DNA of 22,130 nucleotides, from the NCBI GenBank assembly GCA_049975265.1, contig JBNGDF010000033.1:1-22130 (forward strand), read 5' to 3'. Position 1 is the first letter of the stretch. The number at the start of each line of letters is the position of its first letter. Made by a program: the position numbers and the translations under genes. Source of the stretch: Fidelibacterota bacterium. GTDB lineage: Bacteria; Fidelibacterota; UBA2242. Below are positions 8,043-17,741 of the stretch, one piece after another. Below the pieces are notes generated by a model, which made no database searches, had not been told where the DNA came from, and saw nothing but the letters and a program-made list of their open reading frames with translations.

Positions 8043-9791
8043 TTATTTGATCAGGATCATTTTCCTGACCTGCCGAAACCTGCCGGCTCCCGTTTTCCCG
8101 GGACTCTCGGTCTGGATCCGATAGAAATAAACCCCGGAGCCAAGATCGCCGGCATTCCATGTCACCGAATACAATCCCGCCGGCTGAGTCTCCTTCACCA
8201 GTTTGGCAATTTCGCGACCTGTGATATCAAAAATGGACAGAATCACACGGGACTCCCGCGGTAGTTCGTAGCGAAAGGTCGTGGTCGGATTGAAGGGATT
8301 GGGATAATTGTTAAACAGACGATAGCTCGTGATAATTGAGGAACCTGGTTCCAGTGCAACCGGCATGATGGTGAAAGACCATGGTCGTTGGTCACTGTCC
8401 GAGCCCCAGACGGTGTCACCGCCACTATAGGCATAGACTTTCCAGTAATATTTTCCCGGAGCCAGGGTATCGCTGCTAATCGTCGTATCTGTTCCGGCAT
8501 TGATAAAAGTGTCCAAAGTCGCGAAGCTGCTGTCAGTGCTTAACGTAAAATCATATGCAGGGGTTTCACCGGTGTCGGGGTCCACGCTGGCACTCCAGCA
8601 AAAAGTGAGTGTCGTCGCTCCCCCTGACCAGCCGTTTTCCGGGCTGGTCAATTCAAAGGGTGACGGCAGGTCGTTCACCGGTGTTACGGTCAGCTGCACG
8701 GTATCGGTTACTGTAGAATCGTTCAGAGTGGCGCTGAGGTAGATTTGTCCCACGCCGTTCCAGTTTTCCGCTAATTGAATCCGGGCGACATTCAGTTCGC
8801 CCAGCGTTATGCCGATTTCGTTGGTATCACTGGCGACGGTGAATTCAAGTACGCTTTCTTCCGGTATGACATGGAATATGGTATCCAGATCGGCGATCTC
8901 GAAGGTTATCGTATCTTCAGGAACTGTCATATCCGGGACGGGTGCGATGATCTGAATCGTCGCCTGAGTGCTGTTGCCGTGGATTTCCAAAACGGCAGTG
9001 CCTTGTGAACTGAAGGTGGGATTCCCCGAAGAATAGATAACACTGATGTTGCCGATCTCCGTCTGTTTGGAATAATCCCAGAGCCGGTAGCTGATGGGAT
9101 TGCCCGGTGTAAAACCGTCTTTTTCGGGAGTGGTGGGATCATCGGTGGCGGCGACGAGGTCCAGAAATTGTCCGATCGGACCGGTGACGATTTCGGCGCC
9201 GACGCAGATATTGCCGTCAAAGATGCCGATTTCGTCGCCGAGTTCGACGATCGCTTCGTCAATCGTGATATCCGTCAGGTAAAAATTCATCGCCAGATAG
9301 GGATTGCCGCTGTAGACCGGCTGGAAATGGGACGGTTCGGTTCCGGGTTTGGTACCGTGCAGTTCCAGAACCGCGGTACCCTGTGACTGGAAATTACCCT
9401 GACCGGATGAGTAGATGGTGTCCACCTGCGTGATTTCCAGAAAATCGGAGGCGTCCCAGAGCCGGTAGCTGATCGGATTGCCCGGTGTAAAACCGTCTTT
9501 TTCGGGAGTGGTGGGATCGTCGGTGGCGGCGACGATATCCAGAAAATCTCCAATGGGACCGGTAACAATCCCGGCTCCAACACAAAAATCCCCGTCGAAA
9601 ATCCCGATTTCGTCGCCGATCTCCGCCGTCGTGTCATCAATGGTGATGGCGGTCAGGTAAAAATTCATTGCCAGGTAGGGATTGCCGCTGTAGACCGGCT
9701 GGAAATGCACCGGTTCGGGTTCCTGCGCCGCTATGAATTGGATATTCAATAGGAGCAGAATCAGTAGGAATCCAAATATTTTATTCATCAT
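8043..9791 (-). CDS. Secreted protein: two tandem ~120-aa repeats, Ig/cadherin-like and FnIII-like domains, C-terminal T9SS-type/FlgD-Ig sorting domain
   Basis: Signal peptide MMNKIFGFLLILLLLNIQFIAA; VTPVNDLP; YYWKVYAY; NNYPNPFNPTT...SGVYFYRI...RKMILIK. Confidence 0.85.
   Translation of the reverse strand: MMNKIFGFLLILLLLNIQFIAAQEPEPVHFQPVYSGNPYLAMNFYLTAITIDDTTAEIGDEIGIFDGDFCVGAGIVTGPIGDFLDIVAATDDPTTPEKDGFTPGNPISYRLWDASDFLEITQVDTIYSSGQGNFQSQGTAVLELHGTKPGTEPSHFQPVYSGNPYLAMNFYLTDITIDEAIVELGDEIGIFDGNICVGAEIVTGPIGQFLDLVAATDDPTTPEKDGFTPGNPISYRLWDYSKQTEIGNISVIYSSGNPTFSSQGTAVLEIHGNSTQATIQIIAPVPDMTVPEDTITFEIADLDTIFHVIPEESVLEFTVASDTNEIGITLGELNVARIQLAENWNGVGQIYLSATLNDSTVTDTVQLTVTPVNDLPSPFELTSPENGWSGGATTLTFCWSASVDPDTGETPAYDFTLSTDSSFATLDTFINAGTDTTISSDTLAPGKYYWKVYAYSGGDTVWGSDSDQRPWSFTIMPVALEPGSSIITSYRLFNNYPNPFNPTTTFRYELPRESRVILSIFDITGREIAKLVKETQPAGLYSVTWNAGDLGSGVYFYRIQTESPGKTGAGRFRQVRKMILIK
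8976..9707 (-). repeat. Intragenic tandem domain repeat, period 378 nt (copies 9354..9707 and 8976..9329)
   Basis: Both copies encode HFQPVYSGNPYLAMNFYLT...GDEIGIFDG..CVGA...AATDDPTTPEKDGFTPGNPISYRLWD...SQGTAVLE.HG. Confidence 0.93.
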
Positions 9792-9807
9792 AACCTCTCG
9801 GACTTGC

Positions 9808-12800
9808 TTATTTCATCAGGACGGCTTTACGGGTTTTACAGAACGAACCGCTCTTTAACTGGTAGATATAGATGCCGCTGGGAACCTGATACCCGCGGTT
9901 GTCGCAGCCGTTCCAAACTACCGAATACTTGCCGACTTCCTGGTATTCGGAGACCAATTGATTGACCAGTCTTCCCTGCAGGTCGAAGATGCGGACCTCC
10001 ACTTTTCCGGGTTCGGGCAGTTCATAGCGCAGAGTCGTCGTTGGGTTAAAGGGATTGGGATAATTCTGACGCAAGCAATACTCTTTTGGTATTCGCGTGC
10101 CCTCAAGATTAACAACAATTGTACCCCGGGCATTGAATTTTAGGAGCCCGGGATTGTCGGCGTACTTCACCGCCCTGACGGATACGATAAGTTCCTCATT
10201 TCCATCCCACATTTTGAAAAGGATGGGATCGTTTTCACCAAATCCATCGACCGCTTCGCTGAGTGGATCGTCAGCACCAATGATTAGCGGCAGGTAGGCA
10301 TTATCACTGTTTAAAGGTGACGGCAATGCCGCCGCTGCAATGCATCGGTCCTGATGATAAACAGCGATCTCGGCTCCGGCTTTCAGGGGTTCGCCCTCGA
10401 CCTCAGCCCTCATCACGTAGACGTTCATCGGCAGATAGGGATTTGTCGTTATAATCGGCAGATAGTGGTTCGGAGGAGTCGCAGCGGAAACCGCCAGGGA
10501 TTTGGCAACAGCTGATTTTTGGGATTGCTGATCGATGATTGCGGATGCTTCGCGGTTGACCTTGATATAATAGCCTTTGCCCGGTTCAAAATCGCCGATT
10601 CCGTTTTGCCAACCAATCGACGGCAGCTCTTCAATAGCTTTGCCGGTTTCATCCTGAACCTTCAGCAGTTTGCCATCGTTGATTAACGGCTGAACGATAT
10701 TCAGGGCGCTCTGCGGGGCACTAGCCGGATAGCCCATGATGTTCCAGCCGGTTGATAGCGGTATGTCCAGCGGCAGAGTGATGGCACCGCCCTCGATATT
10801 CAGAGTTTGAGCGGCAGTCACTTTGACATAATAGCCCTCCGTAACAGCCAAATTATCGATATTGTTAACCCAGCCGATGCCGGTCACATTTTCAACGGCA
10901 TTACCGGTTTCGTCCTGGATTTTAATCAGACTGCCGTTGCCAGTGAGTTCCTGAAATATATTCAGCATATCGACATTGCCGGGGATCGTATAGAAAGAGA
11001 CGATATTCCAACCCTGATCAAGATTGAGAGTCTGAGAAATGCTCAGACTGCCGGCGAGACCGAGAACCGCCGTTCCCTGAGATGCAAAGTTCCCGTCACC
11101 GGTGCTGTAGCTGGGCTGAACGCTGCTGATTTCAAGACTCTGATCTTTGTCCCACAGACGGTAGCTGATCGGTTGTCCGACAGTAAAACCATCTTTTTCC
11201 GTGGTTGTCGGATCGTCGGTGGAAGCGACCAGATCCAGATAGGGATCAAAACCGCCGGTCACGACACCGGCACCGACACAGACATTTCCGTCAAAGATGC
11301 CGATTTCATCGCCGATACTGAGTGATACGCCATCGACTGTGGCGGCAGTGATGTAGAAGTTCATTGCCATATACGGATTACCGGAATAAACCGGACTGAA
11401 ATGGGAGAGCTCCGGAATTTCGCCATTCAGGTCAACGGCGGCGGCGGCACTGGCATTGACCTTCAGATCCTCCAGATTGTCTCCGCCGATAATTGCGAAG
11501 ACAGCATTAACAGACCCGTTTTCGGGAATCGTGTAAGGTCCGGTTCCCAGAATATTCCGTATATCACCGGCAGAGGATGGCGGAGCGGTAAATTCCTGCA
11601 TCGCATGGTACAGGAATTCATCGGAACCTTCATCCACCACTGAATTGATTAGCCAGATCTTATGTCCGGAAATCTGACCGGTCAGGGCACTGATTCCAAA
11701 ATAGGGACTTTCGCTATTTAAATAGGCATAGCTCAGCCGGTTTTCCGTGTCATATCCACCGAAATTTTGGGCGGGATCGCTGCCGATATCCCAATCCATC
11801 GCCAGACCTATGTAAAGATCGTTTAGCGGTGCGGCGGATTTGTTGTGGATTTCATATTCAATCAAAACGTAGTCCTGATCCGGTGCGGTGGACTTGGAAT
11901 GAGTGCGCTGGATAATTTCCACCCCTATAGCATTCGCCATTCGTGCGTCATTGAAACGGCTTTCAAACGCCTGATCAAATCCTGTCAGAGAGCTGGTGAT
12001 CGGCTGAACCTGTTCCAGGGTACCGAACTCGTAATTATAATTATATAAATCTCCTGCCACCTGGTCAGGATTCTTAGCGATAATAAGTGAACCTGAAAAT
12101 AATCCGTTTGTACCGTTGTATTGAAATCCATTGCCGGTGGGACCGTGGGAAGAATTACCGATGACACCGTTATTAAAAACACTCAGCAGGGTGTTGTTAT
12201 TGTTGTGAACGTCGGTACTCACTTGGACCGGATCGACCCAGATGTGATAATTAGCCGTTGAGGTACCGGCAGAATTGTTGGCTTCCAGTTGGATGGAATA
12301 GTGTCCCGACTGTGTGGGTGTCCAGTTCAGCAAGCCTTCACTTACAACCATCCCTTCGGGACCGTTGGGCAGACTCAGGATGGGTTCCGGCCAACCGTAA
12401 CATAAGGGGCGATAAACAAAGCCAAAATTAACAACCCCGTAGAGAGCCTGCGCCTGGAATTCGGGCGAAGCCTGGGGTTCCACCGCGGGTGCTGCTCCCG
12501 GCACAATCCGGGCACCATACTGCAGCAGGAGATCGTTGTGATTGGTGGTCAAATCGACACTAACCGGATAAAACTCATTGACCTCAACGGCTTCATCGAG
12601 AGGCCAATAACCGACCAACCCGGTTTCGTCCCCGCTAAGCGGTTCGGTCATTGCGCTTTGGATATCTGTCTGACTGCGGCAGACATTCCAAAGCCGTACC
12701 TCATCGATAGCACCCTTGAAAGACAAACTCCAGGTACCACCGATATATAAACCGGCGTTACCAGAGCCGATGTTTTCTGTAAACGCTGCTTCTCCGACAA

Positions 12801-15800
12801 GTTCGCCATTCAAATACAGGCGCAGAAAACTGCCGTCATAGGTGCCGGCAACATGGGTCCACTGTCCGACACTGATCGGAGTACTGCTCAGAGCGCCAAT
12901 ACTGGCGCCGCCCGGATTGCCGTCGCTAACAGCAAAATCAAAGCGGGGTTCATCATCCGAACCGAAATTGTTAATGCGCAGCTCATAGGCATACCAGGGA
13001 TCGGCATTCCAATAGGGACGGGAAACCAGGACCGCAGATTTACCGTTGTCCGGCAGATCTATGGGGAAAATCCAGGCTTCGACGGTAATGGTCTGACCGG
13101 TAATTGTGTAGGCGCTTGGATTGGCTGCCGGGTTGACGGGACTATTGTCAACCGCTCGCAGACGACTATTTTGACCATTAAAAAAGGCGCAGGCGTTGCT
13201 GATACTACCACCGACGTTGTATTCGTCGGTCGGCAGAATCTGGGTCGGAGAACTGTCATCAATGTCAAAATGGCGGTTACCATCGAATGCTTCCCAAACC
13301 CAACCGGTATCGGTACGCGCCGCATATTTATAATCGATGGCTTTTCCGGTTCCGGCGGGAAATAGAACATCGAGGGTGTATATTCCATCACTGTCATCAT
13401 CGCTCATCGGATTAGAGCCCAATGTCCAGTTCAGAGGAAGAGCATCACCCTGAAGAGAGATTCCATTGAAATTTTCCGGAGTGTTGGTCAAATCTACCGA
13501 AAAGGTGACAATGACGTCCTGTATAATGGGTGTCCCCCGATAGTAAATGACGGGTTCGACAGGGTCAAGCAGGATGTCCGAGCCACTCAATGTCAAAACG
13601 CGGTTTTCGATACTTTCCCAGCCTAAATTGGTCCATTTCGAATCAGGAAAAATCCGGAACTTCCACCCGATGGAATCGCCGGGATGACCGGTGACTACGA
13701 CTGTCAACTGGTAGATATTCGGGTTGGTTTCGCTGGGTAGCATTTTTTGATGGGAATCCCAGGCATTGAAATCTCCGTTTACGACAATCGAATCTGCCGG
13801 GTTTGCGGGGTCAAACCAACCGTTGGCAATGAAATTTGTCAGGTCTGCCTGGAAGGTGATATTATAATTGCCGGGTTCAACGGATCCGGTAATGATGTCT
13901 GATAAAAAGCGTGGCAGAATCTGGTATCCATCGGTGTAGGGTTCTGAATTGTCAAATTGTGTGACAATGCCGACGACGTTGAAGTCTGATCCGGGGGGCG
14001 CCGAACCGTCAATATTTGTCTCTTTGTCAATGCGCATGGTGAAGGGATTACCGGTTTGATCGGCAATGGTCAGATTGGCGTTTTGGTTTTCCGCCGGCCA
14101 GCTGCCGTCCTGGATATTCACCTGATCAATCCGCACCAGTTCGGATTCATATTCCTCGCCATTAGCTAACAGCTGTGATATCGTCGGAGTTTGTACCATC
14201 GGCAGGGCTGCATTACTTCCGGTTACCATCAGCGCATTTTCTATGTTATTATCATAGGATTCGGGTACTATTTCAAGTTTGCCGTTATACTCTGTAATCC
14301 GACCGGTGACCTCGATCTGATCGCGGTAGTGAATTGGGAGCTCAATTCCAGGCATGTAGAGGATGATTCCGGCAGCGGTATCCTGCATTGCGTATTCTGT
14401 AGAACCGGCTCCGAAATTGGGAGTCGTCAGCACTCCCCCGGTCGGAACAACCCGATCAATACCAATATTGCGGGCTTCGGCGATGTTCTTCCGGCTAGAG
14501 TAGATATTCGGAAATTCAATTGCCAGGGTAGTATCAGCCGCGGGAAAAGGAAAACTTCTGTTGGCACCCAATTCCCAGCTGTTGTTCAGAAACGTTTTAC
14601 CCGGACTGACAGCAAATTTCCATAGAATATTTTGACCGGCGTTTCCCTGTACCGGTATAGTGAATCCATAGGTTGTTTCGCCAATTGGTTCAAGTACTGG
14701 TCCGGTACCCCAGTTGGAAAAATCACCGCGAACCTCCAGCTGGTGCATCCCGGGTTGAAAACCCTCTTCCAGCAGATCGGATATATCTGCCCGGAATGTG
14801 ATCAGCCGGCTTTCGAGATTGCTGCTTTCCACTGTCACAAGGTCAACAAAAAATCCTGGTAATGACTCTGCATTTATTCCTACGACCTGGACACCAAACA
14901 TTATTAGCGGCGTTGTATAATCTGCCGGAACGATAACCTGTAATTCGTTCCATGTACGGGAAGTCAAATCGGCGGCATTGTACCAGTTGTTAAACCACTG
15001 ATCGGATCCGAACTGGATGAACGGCTGAACGCCATTAACGCCGGAGAGATCATCTATCCAGATATGTATTTTCATGACATCACCCGGCGTAAAGCCGGTG
15101 TAGTTGTTGTTAAAAAATGTAAGAGTGTTGTTTGGAATTTCGGGGTTGTCCGAGACCTGGACCGCATTTACTCCGTTGAAGGGGTGGAGATTAACGATAG
15201 CCGCTGTACCATCATTTACCTGCCAATTCTCCAGACCGGTTTCAAAATCCCAGACAGTAGATTCACCACTGCCACCACCACTTTCGGTAATATCATTGAC
15301 AGAGCGCGGCAGCAGTTGATAGCCGGAGCTGTAGGGTGAACTGGAATCAAACTGGCTGAGGACGCCAATTATATTGACATTCGTTGTGGGAATAGGAGTA
15401 CCGACGAGATCCACTTCGTTATCAATCCGGATATCCAGAAATTGACCCTCATTATCAGTGACAATGTAATTTGTATTGCCAGCGAAGTTTCCTTCATCCT
15501 GGAAAGACACATTTTCCAATTTAAGCAGACTGCCTTCCAGACTTTCGAAGCCGCCCCAGCGCTGGTTTAGAATTTCCGAAATGCTGGTGAGCCTGGCGTC
15601 CGGTACGGAAACGGAACCTTCTACGGTGATTGATGAGTTTTCCGGGTCGTAGACAAACTGGGTCAGTCCGTTGTAAAAACCCACTTTGCTGGTAATGGTG
15701 ATCAGGTCTCCACTATTAAGTTGCGAGACGAGATCGGTGCCGTAGATGGCAATCCCGGCTTCTTCACTTTGCATATACGCCGGTCCGGTGGCTCCGAATT

Positions 15801-17391
15801 CATTTGCTACGGTGACAATACCATCAACGGTTACAATTTGGTTTAAATGCACTGGTGTCCCGGTAGCATCGTTTTGGCGAAGCGCTGTGAAGGTGATATT
15901 CTGATCTGCATTGACGACAAAATCACTCACCAAAGGAAAGTGATCACTAGCCGATTCAGTGTCGTTGGATTGTAGATTATATTGGCTTAGTGTTTCAGCC
16001 GGTAACGCATTTGTATACAGGATAAAGGAATTTTGTAAATCCAGAACCGATCCGGAATATATTGTCACGTCAATACACCCTTTGGAATAGCTGCCCGGAC
16101 TTGTCCCGACGCCCTGAGTAAATGTCATGGGTAAATTGGTAACGAAGGGTTTGGCGTCGAGAAAATCGGCGCCGTCCCAGTCAGGTGTAAAATCTGCACC
16201 ATACCGGGCTTCATTGTCAATATCTCCTGCTAACAGCGTTTCCCATTGGTGGGGATTACCGACCAGATTCATATCACCGAGTATGATAATCGGAGTATTT
16301 TCCGGGATTGTCAGTTCACCACCACTGGCTTTGGCATCCCGGATAAACGCCGCAATGGCGTCAATTTCATCAGATCGGGCGGCATCATTACTGGCACAAC
16401 AGGGTGGATGGGCTACGATTACCAGTGCATTGGTGTTGTAATCCGGACGCATGTCCAGATAGAAAGCCCCGTTACCGAAGCCGCCACAAGCATACTGTCC
16501 CAGAATCGAGTAGCGGGTGGCAATAAAATTATCATTAATATGAGCGGCGTGCCAAGCTTTACCGGCGGGTGATGGTAGCATCTCTTCCAGACGGGTACAG
16601 AGCTGCTGGTCGCTATGGTTATATATTTCCACGAATCCGATGATATTGGGATCAATAGCGTTGTATAACCGACTATAGATATCCAAATTTTCCGCTTCGA
16701 AGAAACCGTCAAATTCGACATTATGGGAAACAACCCGCAAATGATCGTACGCCTGCTTGTCAATAGAAAAAGCGGGGAGCGGTTCCAGATCGTAAGTTCC
16801 GAATTGATAACTGACAACGGCTGTTTTGGATGCTGCCTCTGATACAACCGATTCATCTTTCAACAGCAGCCGAATGGCTGAATCGCTGAAAACCGGCATT
16901 CCCGAAGCATCAACGGCGCTGCGGCTGATGCTAAACTCAAATTCATTGGACCAGATGGTTGGTGCTGTTACCATAAACAGATCGGCAAAGGAGATCGTCT
17001 GAGTGCCGGAACTACGGTGCAAGGTTCCCGAACGCTGACCGAAGTTGAATTCAATCTCGGCACCCATTCCGTCAACCGCCAGACCTGTGGCATGATTGTC
17101 ATCGGCGTCAATATACAATTTCAGATCGTAATCCTCCTGCAGAGAAAAGGTTTCGGCAGATTTGAAGTAGATAAATAAAAACCGGTCATCGTTGAAGGTT
17201 TTGAACTTCTGCAGGGTTACATTTCCATCGCTGGTGGTGGCTGATGATGACCAGAGCTCTCTTATGGCTGTCCAATCATCGTTCATGCCATCAATAAGCA
17301 CTCTTGGCTGAGCAGCTAATCCGAATTGTACAAAAAAGATGACGATTGCGAAAATTGCGATTGATTTCGGAAGAATTTTCCGGGATTTCAT
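9808..17391 (-). CDS. Giant modular secreted protein (~2527 aa): EEP nuclease/phosphatase domain, OB-fold-like pairs, CBM-like domains, LamG, Ig, C-terminal T9SS-type/FlgD-Ig domain
   Basis: ATG 17391 after AAAAGGGGGGATCAA (the track starts at TTG 17412); signal peptide; EEP motifs SHNVE, VEI, GDMN, SDHFP (~15919-16743); LamG WTHVAGTYDG...IDEVRLWN; QNYPNPFNPTT...SGIYIYQL...RKAVLMK. Confidence 0.88.
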   Translation of the reverse strand: MKSRKILPKSIAIFAIVIFFVQFGLAAQPRVLIDGMNDDWTAIRELWSSSATTSDGNVTLQKFKTFNDDRFLFIYFKSAETFSLQEDYDLKLYIDADDNHATGLAVDGMGAEIEFNFGQRSGTLHRSSGTQTISFADLFMVTAPTIWSNEFEFSISRSAVDASGMPVFSDSAIRLLLKDESVVSEAASKTAVVSYQFGTYDLEPLPAFSIDKQAYDHLRVVSHNVEFDGFFEAENLDIYSRLYNAIDPNIIGFVEIYNHSDQQLCTRLEEMLPSPAGKAWHAAHINDNFIATRYSILGQYACGGFGNGAFYLDMRPDYNTNALVIVAHPPCCASNDAARSDEIDAIAAFIRDAKASGGELTIPENTPIIILGDMNLVGNPHQWETLLAGDIDNEARYGADFTPDWDGADFLDAKPFVTNLPMTFTQGVGTSPGSYSKGCIDVTIYSGSVLDLQNSFILYTNALPAETLSQYNLQSNDTESASDHFPLVSDFVVNADQNITFTALRQNDATGTPVHLNQIVTVDGIVTVANEFGATGPAYMQSEEAGIAIYGTDLVSQLNSGDLITITSKVGFYNGLTQFVYDPENSSITVEGSVSVPDARLTSISEILNQRWGGFESLEGSLLKLENVSFQDEGNFAGNTNYIVTDNEGQFLDIRIDNEVDLVGTPIPTTNVNIIGVLSQFDSSSPYSSGYQLLPRSVNDITESGGGSGESTVWDFETGLENWQVNDGTAAIVNLHPFNGVNAVQVSDNPEIPNNTLTFFNNNYTGFTPGDVMKIHIWIDDLSGVNGVQPFIQFGSDQWFNNWYNAADLTSRTWNELQVIVPADYTTPLIMFGVQVVGINAESLPGFFVDLVTVESSNLESRLITFRADISDLLEEGFQPGMHQLEVRGDFSNWGTGPVLEPIGETTYGFTIPVQGNAGQNILWKFAVSPGKTFLNNSWELGANRSFPFPAADTTLAIEFPNIYSSRKNIAEARNIGIDRVVPTGGVLTTPNFGAGSTEYAMQDTAAGIILYMPGIELPIHYRDQIEVTGRITEYNGKLEIVPESYDNNIENALMVTGSNAALPMVQTPTISQLLANGEEYESELVRIDQVNIQDGSWPAENQNANLTIADQTGNPFTMRIDKETNIDGSAPPGSDFNVVGIVTQFDNSEPYTDGYQILPRFLSDIITGSVEPGNYNITFQADLTNFIANGWFDPANPADSIVVNGDFNAWDSHQKMLPSETNPNIYQLTVVVTGHPGDSIGWKFRIFPDSKWTNLGWESIENRVLTLSGSDILLDPVEPVIYYRGTPIIQDVIVTFSVDLTNTPENFNGISLQGDALPLNWTLGSNPMSDDDSDGIYTLDVLFPAGTGKAIDYKYAARTDTGWVWEAFDGNRHFDIDDSSPTQILPTDEYNVGGSISNACAFFNGQNSRLRAVDNSPVNPAANPSAYTITGQTITVEAWIFPIDLPDNGKSAVLVSRPYWNADPWYAYELRINNFGSDDEPRFDFAVSDGNPGGASIGALSSTPISVGQWTHVAGTYDGSFLRLYLNGELVGEAAFTENIGSGNAGLYIGGTWSLSFKGAIDEVRLWNVCRSQTDIQSAMTEPLSGDETGLVGYWPLDEAVEVNEFYPVSVDLTTNHNDLLLQYGARIVPGAAPAVEPQASPEFQAQALYGVVNFGFVYRPLCYGWPEPILSLPNGPEGMVVSEGLLNWTPTQSGHYSIQLEANNSAGTSTANYHIWVDPVQVSTDVHNNNNTLLSVFNNGVIGNSSHGPTGNGFQYNGTNGLFSGSLIIAKNPDQVAGDLYNYNYEFGTLEQVQPITSSLTGFDQAFESRFNDARMANAIGVEIIQRTHSKSTAPDQDYVLIEYEIHNKSAAPLNDLYIGLAMDWDIGSDPAQNFGGYDTENRLSYAYLNSESPYFGISALTGQISGHKIWLINSVVDEGSDEFLYHAMQEFTAPPSSAGDIRNILGTGPYTIPENGSVNAVFAIIGGDNLEDLKVNASAAAAVDLNGEIPELSHFSPVYSGNPYMAMNFYITAATVDGVSLSIGDEIGIFDGNVCVGAGVVTGGFDPYLDLVASTDDPTTTEKDGFTVGQPISYRLWDKDQSLEISSVQPSYSTGDGNFASQGTAVLGLAGSLSISQTLNLDQGWNIVSFYTIPGNVDMLNIFQELTGNGSLIKIQDETGNAVENVTGIGWVNNIDNLAVTEGYYVKVTAAQTLNIEGGAITLPLDIPLSTGWNIMGYPASAPQSALNIVQPLINDGKLLKVQDETGKAIEELPSIGWQNGIGDFEPGKGYYIKVNREASAIIDQQSQKSAVAKSLAVSAATPPNHYLPIITTNPYLPMNVYVMRAEVEGEPLKAGAEIAVYHQDRCIAAAALPSPLNSDNAYLPLIIGADDPLSEAVDGFGENDPILFKMWDGNEELIVSVRAVKYADNPGLLKFNARGTIVVNLEGTRIPKEYCLRQNYPNPFNPTTTLRYELPEPGKVEVRIFDLQGRLVNQLVSEYQEVGKYSVVWNGCDNRGYQVPSGIYIYQLKSGSFCKTRKAVLMK

Positions 17392-17517
17392 TTGATCCCC
17401 CCTTTTTTTCAATTTAATAAAAGTGATAACTCAAGGATTGCTTCGAGAAGCGATAGCTATTCAGAGGGCTGATATAGTGTCTATATATCCTTTTTGGTGA
17501 GTCATTATTTACGTGGT

Positions 17518-17546
17518 ATACTACGAATTATTTAATAGAAACGCAA
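17518..17546 (-). promoter_or_regulatory. Possible sigma70-type promoter for the giant gene
   Basis: Minus strand TTGCGT-17 nt-TAGTAT in AT-rich intergenic DNA, ~125 nt upstream of the ATG. Weak match. Confidence 0.3.
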
Positions 17547-17741
17547 ATAAAACCTACGGTGTGAATAAAGAACAAGAATGGTAGGAGTAGTGTGACTAAG
17601 GGACTGTTAAAAATAAAGATAAAACACAAGTTACAGTGATTAAGAATCTGGGTATTATGTGATTAATATCACATTCAGGAGGATGGGGTTTTTCAACACT
17701 AAATCCAGGTTTACTTCTGTAATTGTTCCGATCCGTCCAGA

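Noticed and set aside
8976..11403. Near-identical repeats as a diversity-generating retroelement TR/VR pair
   Set aside because: Mismatches are not adenine-specific (e.g. TAC/TAT, CCG/CCC), both copies are in-frame coding domains, and there is no reverse transcriptase in the window.
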